Source of the DNA: Parasynechococcus marenigrum WH 8102
GTDB taxonomy: Bacteria > Cyanobacteriota > Cyanobacteriia > PCC-6307 > Cyanobiaceae
Direction of reading: 5' to 3'
Assembly: GCF_000195975.1 (NCBI RefSeq)
Contig: NC_005070.1
Span: 1,830,001 to 1,862,000, forward strand
DNA length: 32,000 bases
The translations under genes and the position numbers were made by a program. Below the pieces are notes generated by a model. The model had not been told where the DNA came from. It did no database searches and worked only from the letters and a program-made list of their open reading frames with translations. This document shows, in pieces, positions 25,544 through 32,000 of the stretch (position 1 is the first letter of the stretch; every line of letters begins with the position of its first letter).

Positions 25544-25791
25544 ATTAAAATGTGAAAGTTGCCAGCCTAAGGTGATTGTCAAATCCAAGCCCGACGACCT
25601 AAATAGCCGCTAATAGCTGCGCTCAGAAACAATTGTCCATCGATCAAGTGACCGAGCCAAGCAACAACAAACACGCCCTTGGATAAAGTTTATTTGCGAT
25701 GTAACGAGCGAGCATCGTGCGGTGTAACGAGTCCAACCTCAGGGGCAGTCCGAAGCAAAACGTCAGTATTTACAAGGGTTTTGGCGGATGC

Positions 25792-25820
25792 AGTTCAACA
25801 CTTAAGGGCCGACAAGGGCT
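25792..25820 (+). repeat. Candidate attR: remnant of the tRNA-Thr 3' end
   Basis: AGTTCAA lies at 25792-25798. CGACAAGGGCT at 25810-25820 is identical to the last 11 nt of tRNA-Thr. The repeat ends 1 nt before the stop codon of the core GH13 gene. Confidence 0.65.
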
Positions 25821-25821
25821 T

Positions 25822-27228
25822 TTATCCCTGCAGATGCACCACTGCAGATTGCGGCTCTAGAGCTTGTCCATCGCAGGCGCCACAACTCCAGATTCTGGAA
25901 ATCCCAGGATCAATCTGCAGCGAGGTCGTGGTGCTGCGGTTAACCCAGACGCTTAAACCGCCAGGGGTGCTTCCCAGCAGTCCGTCGCGTCCGATCGGCT
26001 CCCACTTCAGATCGCCGCGAATGAGATTGGGTTGATTTCGCCGGAGATCAGCCAAGGCCGCAATGGTTGAGCTCAGATCCGCAGGCCAGGGTTCACCCCA
26101 GGGAAAGGCTTCACGACAGGCGGGTTCCGGGCCACCGCACAATCCAGATTCGGTGCCGTAGTACACGCATGGGGCCCCTTGCTGCAGAAAGATCAGCAGC
26201 AGGGCGAGCTTCAGAGCCTTCACATCTCCATCGAGGCTGTGGAGTGCCCGAGGAACATCGTGGCTATCGAGCAGGTTCATCTGAGCTCGATTCACGGCTG
26301 GGCGGTACCAACCGGACGTGGTGCTCCAGATTTCGATCAAATCCTCGCTACTGAGGGGATTCAGTGGGTACTCCGGATTGCGGTATCCCTGCCTCAACCG
26401 ATCTCCTGCCACCCAGCCGAGGCTGCTCCAGCCGAGGCGGTAATTCATCACCCCATCAAAGTGCTCGCCCCGCAGCCACTCCCGGGCATCACCCCAGATC
26501 TCACCCACGATCCAGGCGTCAGGGTTGACCTCCCGCACCACGCGACGGAAATCCACCCAGAACTCGGCTGGCACTTCCGCGGGCACATCCAGACGCCAAC
26601 CATCGATGCCCCGTTCCAGCCAGAAACGACCCACCTCCAACAGATGGTCCCGCACTGCGGGATTGGCATGGTTGAACTTGGGCAGATCAGGCACAGCCCA
26701 CCAGCAATCGTAGCCGCAGTCCTCGCCCTCGGCCGGATACGGCTTTACAGGCCAGCGGTGCACATTGAACCAATCCCGGTAGGGGGAGTCCTGGCCGTTT
26801 TCCACCAGGTGATGAAAGGCCCAGAAGCCACGGCCGCAGTGGTTGAACACACCATCGAGCACCAGCCGCATGCCCCGCTGGTGTAAGGCTGCGATCAACG
26901 TATCCAGAGCGTCATTCCCCCCCAGCAGGGGATCCACCTCGAAATAGTCGTAGGCGTGATAGCGGTGATTGGCGGCGGAGCTGAAGATCGGCGTGAGGTA
27001 CAGGCAGCTGATGCCCATGGCCTGCAGCTGATCCAACGCCTCGATCACCCCGTAGAGATCCCCCCCTTGAAAGCCCTGCTCACGGGGATCACTGCCCCAG
27101 GGCTTCAGCTCAAGATGTTGCTGAGCCTTCACCTGACCACTGCGGCGGAATCGATCCGGAAAGATCTGATACACCACGGCATCCGCCACCCAGGCCGGTG
27201 GGTCGTGGAAGGGCGTGGAGGACGCCAT
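25822..27228 (-). CDS. GH13 alpha-amylase-family glycoside hydrolase (alpha-glucosidase/neopullulanase-like)
   Basis: Conserved GH13 regions are present: DAVVYQIFPDRF, LVLDGVFNHCG, GWRLDVPAEVP, VGEIWG and LLDSHDV. I place the start at ATG 27228 (MASSTPF); the longer ORF would run into the glpK start region. Confidence 0.9.
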   Translation of the reverse strand: MASSTPFHDPPAWVADAVVYQIFPDRFRRSGQVKAQQHLELKPWGSDPREQGFQGGDLYGVIEALDQLQAMGISCLYLTPIFSSAANHRYHAYDYFEVDPLLGGNDALDTLIAALHQRGMRLVLDGVFNHCGRGFWAFHHLVENGQDSPYRDWFNVHRWPVKPYPAEGEDCGYDCWWAVPDLPKFNHANPAVRDHLLEVGRFWLERGIDGWRLDVPAEVPAEFWVDFRRVVREVNPDAWIVGEIWGDAREWLRGEHFDGVMNYRLGWSSLGWVAGDRLRQGYRNPEYPLNPLSSEDLIEIWSTTSGWYRPAVNRAQMNLLDSHDVPRALHSLDGDVKALKLALLLIFLQQGAPCVYYGTESGLCGGPEPACREAFPWGEPWPADLSSTIAALADLRRNQPNLIRGDLKWEPIGRDGLLGSTPGGLSVWVNRSTTTSLQIDPGISRIWSCGACDGQALEPQSAVVHLQG

Positions 27229-27279
27229 GGCCTTTCCAGGAAGCAATCCCCTCGCTAGCAGGGAAGAAACGAGTCGGCC

Positions 27280-28785
27280 ATGGCAGATCAGCCTCTCCTG
27301 TTGGCGCTGGATCAAGGCACCAGCAGTTCCCGAGCAGCGGTGTTTGACGCCAAGGGCGACCTTGTGGCCAGTGCGACGGCGCCCCTACCAATCCAATACC
27401 CCGCCGATGGCTGGGTGGAACAACACCCCGGCGACATCTGGAACAGCCAAAGGCAGGCACTGCAGGATCTGCACCAACAGCTCGATGAGGAGCAACGTCG
27501 GGCCGTGGTGAGCTGCGGCATCACCAATCAACGCGAAACCACGGTGCTCTGGCGTCGCAGCAGCGGCAGCCCCTGCGGACCGGCCCTGGTCTGGCAGGAC
27601 GGCCGTACAGCAGACATCTGCCAAGCCTGGAAAGCAGACGGCCTCGAATCCGCGTGGTGCCAGCGCACCGGCTTGCTGCTGGATCCGTACTTCAGCGCCA
27701 GCAAGATCCGTTGGATGCTCGAGCATCACCCCGAGGCGGCAGCCGCTGCGGCCCAGGGCGATCTGTGCTTCGGCACGGTGGAGTCGTGGCTGCTCTGGAA
27801 CCTCACGGGAGGACAGCGCCACGGCAGTGACATGAGCAATGCCAGCCGCACGCTGCTGATGGATCTCGAGCAGCGCTGTTGGATGGATGAATTCCGCGAA
27901 CAGACGGGTCTTCCTGCGAACGCTCTACCGGAGCTGTTGCCCTGTCGTGGGGAGTTCGGCCACATCGCAGCGAAGCTTCCCTTCGCCGGATTGCCCATCC
28001 AGGCCCTCCTCGGTGATCAACAGGCCGCGACCCTTGGTCAGCTCTGTCTGCAGCCTGGCGAAGCCAAATGCACCTATGGCACTGGGGCCTTTCTGGTGAT
28101 CAATACCGGCGACAGCATCCGCCGCTCCAGCGACGGTCTACTCAGCACCCTTGGCTGGACCGATGCCAGCGGCACACCCACCTACTGCCTGGAGGGCAGC
28201 CTGTTCAATGCAGGAACTGTGGTGCAGTGGCTGAGGGACGGCTTGCAGATCATCGAGCAGGCTGATGAGGTGAATGCCCTGGCGCAATCGGTGCCGGACA
28301 GCGGCGGGGTGATGCTGGTGCCCGCCTTCACCGGTTGGGGGACCCCCCACTGGGACCCCCAGGCCCGCGGTGTGCTGGTGGGGCTCACGCGGGACAGCAA
28401 CCGCGGCCACATCGCCCGAGCCGCCCTGGAGGGCATCGCCCTGTCGGTGGCCACCCTGGTGGAGCTGGCGGGAGAGGCCCTCGGGCGTGGCCTGGGGGAA
28501 CTGGCGGTGGATGGGGGGGCTGCCGCCTCCGATCCCTTGTTGCAGGCGCAGGCGGACAGCACCGGCCTGACGGTGCGCCGCCCCCGGAACCTGGAAAGCA
28601 CAGCCCGCGGCATCGCTCTGTTTGCCGGTGTGCAATGCGGCCTGATCCCCGACCTGTCCGCCATCGCCGCCCACCGGCAGGACGATGTACAGCGCTTCGA
28701 ACCGCAGATCAACACCGAGCGGCGCAGGCTTCAACGTGACCGCTGGAATGACGCCGTGAACCGCAGCCTGGGCTGGCATGGCTGA
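27280..28785 (+). CDS. glpK: Glycerol kinase
   Basis: The 501-aa protein has LALDQGTSSSRAAVFD, ITNQRETTVLW, the FGGY-family motifs and YGTGAFL. Confidence 0.95.
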   Translation: MADQPLLLALDQGTSSSRAAVFDAKGDLVASATAPLPIQYPADGWVEQHPGDIWNSQRQALQDLHQQLDEEQRRAVVSCGITNQRETTVLWRRSSGSPCGPALVWQDGRTADICQAWKADGLESAWCQRTGLLLDPYFSASKIRWMLEHHPEAAAAAAQGDLCFGTVESWLLWNLTGGQRHGSDMSNASRTLLMDLEQRCWMDEFREQTGLPANALPELLPCRGEFGHIAAKLPFAGLPIQALLGDQQAATLGQLCLQPGEAKCTYGTGAFLVINTGDSIRRSSDGLLSTLGWTDASGTPTYCLEGSLFNAGTVVQWLRDGLQIIEQADEVNALAQSVPDSGGVMLVPAFTGWGTPHWDPQARGVLVGLTRDSNRGHIARAALEGIALSVATLVELAGEALGRGLGELAVDGGAAASDPLLQAQADSTGLTVRRPRNLESTARGIALFAGVQCGLIPDLSAIAAHRQDDVQRFEPQINTERRRLQRDRWNDAVNRSLGWHG

Positions 28786-30355
28786 TCACAACGTTGACCT
28801 ACTGGTGATCGGTGCCGGTGCCAGCGGTGCTTCGGTGGCCATGGAGGCCGTGCGCCGGGGACTGACGGTGGCGTTGCTGGATGCCGGCGACATCGGCGGT
28901 GGCACCAGCTGCCGCAGCACCAAGCTTCTCCATGGCGGAGTCCGCTACCTGGAACTGGCGTTCAAGACCTTCGACCTGGCCCAGCTGCAGCTCGTCCGAG
29001 AAGCACTGCTGGAGCGTGGTCACTGGCTGGAGCAGGCGCCGTTTCTTGCCCACCGGCTTGAGCTGGTGTTGCCCACAGACACGCTGTGGGGTCAGCTGTA
29101 CTACCAGGCTGGGCTGGGTCTCTACGACCTACTGGCCGGCCAGCAACGCATCGGTCGCAGCCGTGGCATCAGCCGTGACGCCTTGCAGGAGTCCCTGCCG
29201 ATGCTGAAACCCGGCCGAGGAGGGGTCGCCTACAGCGATGGGCAGTTCGATGACGCCCGGTTGAATCTGCTGCTGGCACGCACCGCCGAACAGGGAGGAG
29301 CCAGCCTGCGCACCCGCTGCCGAGTGGTGGGATTTGAGCGATCAGCGGATGGGCGTCTGAGCGCTGCCATCAGCGAAACCGACACGGGGATGCAGGAGCA
29401 CTGGGCCGCTGGCGTGATCGTCAATGCCACCGGAATCCAGGCTGATTCGATCCGCCAACTGGCCGACCCACAAGCAGCCCCGCGCATGCTCACCAGCCGT
29501 GGCTGCCACCTTGTGCTGAAGCAGAACCTCTGTCCTGGAGGTCAGGGGCTGCTGGTGCCATCCACCGCGGATGGACGCGTGTTGTTCATGCTGCCGTTCC
29601 ACGGCCGCACCTTGGTGGGCACAACCGATGCCCCCTGCGCCATCGATGCAGCCACCACCCCCACCAACGAGGAGGAGGCCTACCTGCTTGGCTATGTGCG
29701 CCAGTGGTTCCCGGCCGTGTCCGATCCCACGGTGACGAGCCGCTGGGCCGGAGGTCGGCCGTTGCTCCGCCCTGCAGGGGACAGCCTCAACAGCAGCCGC
29801 GTAGTGCGGGAGCACGAGGTGGAGCAACTGCCCTGTGGTCTGGTCAGCGTGATGGGGGGGAAGTGGACCACCTGCCGACCCATGGCCGACGACACCCTGC
29901 AGGCGGTTGCTGCCCAAATGGGTCGTCCCCTTGGAGCGCCGCAACAACTCAATCTGCTCGGGAGCGCAGACACACCGTCAGAAACGCGACAGCTGCTGAT
30001 GGAGCAGGCCGGCCAACTGAAGGATCTGCTGCCGGACGGGCCTTTGAGGGATCAGCAGATCACCCATCTGCAGAGCAACCATGGGCTGCAGGCTTTGCCG
30101 ATGATCAGTCGGGTCGATCCGACTCTGCGCCAACCGCTCAGCAGCGTGATCCCCCTCTGCCAGGGAGAGATTGATCACGCCATCCAACGAGAACATTCGC
30201 GCAGTGCCAGCGATGTGCTATCCCGGCGCTGCCGGCTTGCCATGGTGGATCTGGCGGAGGCCCGCCGGCTGCAACCCCTGGTGGAGGAGCGACTGGATCA
30301 GCTCACGGGCACAGCGGTATCCACCTCGCCGATCAACCACCAGTTGATGCCGTAA
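28778..30355 (+). CDS. glpD: FAD-dependent glycerol-3-phosphate dehydrogenase
   Basis: The N-terminal dinucleotide fold reads DLLVIGAGASGASVAMEAVRRG and is followed by GGTSCRSTKLLHGGVRYLE. There is an 8-nt overlap with glpK. Confidence 0.9.
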   Translation: MADHNVDLLVIGAGASGASVAMEAVRRGLTVALLDAGDIGGGTSCRSTKLLHGGVRYLELAFKTFDLAQLQLVREALLERGHWLEQAPFLAHRLELVLPTDTLWGQLYYQAGLGLYDLLAGQQRIGRSRGISRDALQESLPMLKPGRGGVAYSDGQFDDARLNLLLARTAEQGGASLRTRCRVVGFERSADGRLSAAISETDTGMQEHWAAGVIVNATGIQADSIRQLADPQAAPRMLTSRGCHLVLKQNLCPGGQGLLVPSTADGRVLFMLPFHGRTLVGTTDAPCAIDAATTPTNEEEAYLLGYVRQWFPAVSDPTVTSRWAGGRPLLRPAGDSLNSSRVVREHEVEQLPCGLVSVMGGKWTTCRPMADDTLQAVAAQMGRPLGAPQQLNLLGSADTPSETRQLLMEQAGQLKDLLPDGPLRDQQITHLQSNHGLQALPMISRVDPTLRQPLSSVIPLCQGEIDHAIQREHSRSASDVLSRRCRLAMVDLAEARRLQPLVEERLDQLTGTAVSTSPINHQLMP

Positions 30356-31959
30356 GGAGACAGATTCACAAACCATTCGCGGCTGGCCAGCGGGAATTCA
30401 CAGCCCCACATCACCTCGCGAGTCCGCAAGCCCTCCCAGGCCGTGAGATCCAGGCTGAAGGAGGCTCCGGCGGCCGTGACATTGCCCGCCACCAACACCG
30501 TCATGGCCTCAGTCGCGCGGACGTAAACCAAGGCACCGGGATGGCTGCACGGCAACAGCTGCAATGATCCATGGGCGAGGGCCGGCAGCAAACGCCGGCA
30601 AGTGAGCATGCGGCGGTGCCAGTTCAGCAAGGAACCCGGCAGCTGTTTCTGTACCTCAACGTTCACGACTCGGTAGTCGTACCCAGGAGCTGTGATCGGC
30701 GGAAGCACCAGCAAAGGGTCGGGAGCCGAGGAGAAGCCACCGTTGCGGGCAGGTGTCCAGGCCATGGGTGTGCGGTTCGGATCCCGATCCCGTAACCCCG
30801 GCCAATCCCCCATCCCCAGCTCGTCGCCGTAATACAGGCAGGGCATGCCTGGAAGGCTGTAAATCAGTCCGTGAAGCAGTCGGTTGGAGCGGGGGTCGCC
30901 ATTGAGCAGCGGTGCCAATCGACGGTTGATGCCCCAGTTGAGCCAATGCCCCTGCCCCTGGGGCAAGCCCACCCGGATCGACTGGATCACCTCGTCGGGG
31001 ATCAGGTGCCCATCCCCCAGCCAGAGCTCGTCGTGGTTGCGGAGCGGCAGGGCCCAGCGCGGGCCATCAACCGCGTGTTCCGCCTCGTTGAGACAGTCCC
31101 CGAGCTGGCGAGTGCTGCCGGAGGCCACAGCAGCGAACAGATGGGCTGTGAGCACGAAGTTGAAGGCTCCGTGCAGTTCGTCCTTCGCCAGATAGGGGGC
31201 TGCCTCCTGCACGGGTTGGATCGCTTCCCCCAGCAACAGCACCTCTCGTCCCATGGCATCCACACGGGCCCGCAGACGCCGCAGGAAGGCATGGGTCTCC
31301 GGCAACCCTTCACACCGGGTGCCCTCCTCCTCAAACAGAAACGGCACCGCATCAAGGCGAAAGCCGTCGACCCCACGCTCCAGCCAGAAGTCAACCACCT
31401 CGAGCATGGCCTCCTGCACCCACGGGTTGGCGTAGTTGAGGTCGGGCTGATGGCTCAGGAAACGGTGCAGGTAGTACTGCTCCGCCACTGGGTCCCACTC
31501 CCAGTTGGACGCTTCAAAGTGCCGGAACAGCACCGGGGCGTCGCTGTAGCGGGATGGGTCGTCGCTCCAGACGTACACATCCCGTTCAGTGCTGCCCTTG
31601 GGGGCCCAGCGGGCTCGCTGGAACCAGGGGTGAAGGTCGCTGGTGTGGTTCAGCACCAGATCGAGAATCACGCGCATGCCCTGGCTGTGGGCTGCCGTCA
31701 GAAACCGATGGAACGACGCCAGATCGCCCAGATCAGGGTGAATGTCCTTGAAGTCGGTGATGTCGTAGCCACCATCCCGTAAGGGAGATGGGTACGTGGG
31801 TGTCAGCCAGAGCGTCTTCACCCCGAGCCAGCGCAGATAGGGCAAGCGCGAAGCCAGACCCTTGAAATCGCCGATGCCATCACCGTTGCCATCGGCGAAG
31901 CTGCGCACGATCAGTTGATAGATGACCGTGCCGGTCCACCACGGCATGGTTTGGCTCAT
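30298..31959 (-). CDS. treS: Trehalose synthase-like GH13 enzyme (maltose alpha-D-glucosyltransferase family)
   Basis: Long collinear blocks are typical of TreS: YPSPLRDGGYDITDF, LNHTS, HRFLSHQPDLNYANPWVQEAM, DGFRLDAVPFLFEEEGTRCEGLPETHAFLRRLR, LRNHDEL, NRRLAPLL, SLPGMPCLYYGDELGMGD and NVEVQ...SLLNWHR. Confidence 0.85.
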   Translation of the reverse strand: MSQTMPWWTGTVIYQLIVRSFADGNGDGIGDFKGLASRLPYLRWLGVKTLWLTPTYPSPLRDGGYDITDFKDIHPDLGDLASFHRFLTAAHSQGMRVILDLVLNHTSDLHPWFQRARWAPKGSTERDVYVWSDDPSRYSDAPVLFRHFEASNWEWDPVAEQYYLHRFLSHQPDLNYANPWVQEAMLEVVDFWLERGVDGFRLDAVPFLFEEEGTRCEGLPETHAFLRRLRARVDAMGREVLLLGEAIQPVQEAAPYLAKDELHGAFNFVLTAHLFAAVASGSTRQLGDCLNEAEHAVDGPRWALPLRNHDELWLGDGHLIPDEVIQSIRVGLPQGQGHWLNWGINRRLAPLLNGDPRSNRLLHGLIYSLPGMPCLYYGDELGMGDWPGLRDRDPNRTPMAWTPARNGGFSSAPDPLLVLPPITAPGYDYRVVNVEVQKQLPGSLLNWHRRMLTCRRLLPALAHGSLQLLPCSHPGALVYVRATEAMTVLVAGNVTAAGASFSLDLTAWEGLRTREVMWGCEFPLASREWFVNLSPYGINWWLIGEVDTAVPVS

Positions 31960-32000
31960 CCCCCGGATGCCGCTGCACCACTGCTAGACCCGACGGGCCT

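Larger units (their letters stand above)
13313..25820. mobile_element. tRNA-Thr-linked low-GC genomic island (integrative-element remnant), ~12.5 kb
   Basis: There is an abrupt compositional change. A hand count gives 19/60 GC at 15061-15120 and 46/60 GC at 28381-28440. An integrase-like ORF starts 75 nt after the tRNA. A direct repeat of the tRNA 3' end marks the distal junction. The contents are mainly small orphan ORFs, pseudogenes and repeats. Confidence 0.75.

Noticed and set aside
25679-26035. 118-aa plus-strand ORF at the island/core junction
   Set aside because: It starts in the att-proximal non-coding DNA and runs antisense into the 3' end of the GH13 gene. It shows no supporting features.
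30871-31782. 303-aa plus-strand ORF; likewise 26179-26886 (plus), 28138-28779 (minus) and 29342-29947 (minus)
   Set aside because: All are antisense to genes with unambiguous family motifs (TreS-like, GH13, glpK, glpD). They are shadow ORFs of high-GC coding sequence.

Overview
High-GC picocyanobacterial chromosome segment; assigning it to a marine Synechococcus-like organism is an inference from gene content and protein similarity. Two blocks of core genes flank a ~12.5 kb low-GC island. The left block (1-13312) holds a 5'-partial ABC-F ATPase, cp12, obg, a MalK-like ABC ATPase, mutS2, a VOC/glyoxalase protein, hemB, a DnaJ-like protein, a thioredoxin-fold protein, a SulP/BicA-like permease, miaE, aroQ, tRNA-Tyr and tRNA-Thr. 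The right block (25822-31959) holds a GH13 hydrolase, glpK, glpD and a TreS-like GH13 enzyme. The island (about 13313-25820) starts immediately after tRNA-Thr. It opens with a 3'-truncated integrase-like ORF and ends at an 11-nt direct repeat of the tRNA-Thr 3' end, which abuts the stop codon of the first right-hand core gene. Most island genes are small ORFs I cannot assign to known families. The most interesting contents are listed here. (1) A duplicated, diverged module made of a small FEYA-WE-ELEWR protein (3 copies) plus a ~237-aa protein with a basic tail; one copy of the larger gene is intact and the other is decaying, and both follow a conserved hairpin-containing leader. (2) A PIN-PhoH (PhoH2) plus LOG-family two-gene operon. 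(3) A mini-protein carrying the C-terminal Cys-loop signature of CP12. (4) A ~205-bp direct repeat bracketing a cassette of one membrane and one secreted small protein. (5) A repeated 13-bp-stem hairpin element. I saw no CRISPR array, transposase, rRNA or reverse transcriptase. Every functional call comes from reading the supplied translations and the DNA by eye; no searches were run.
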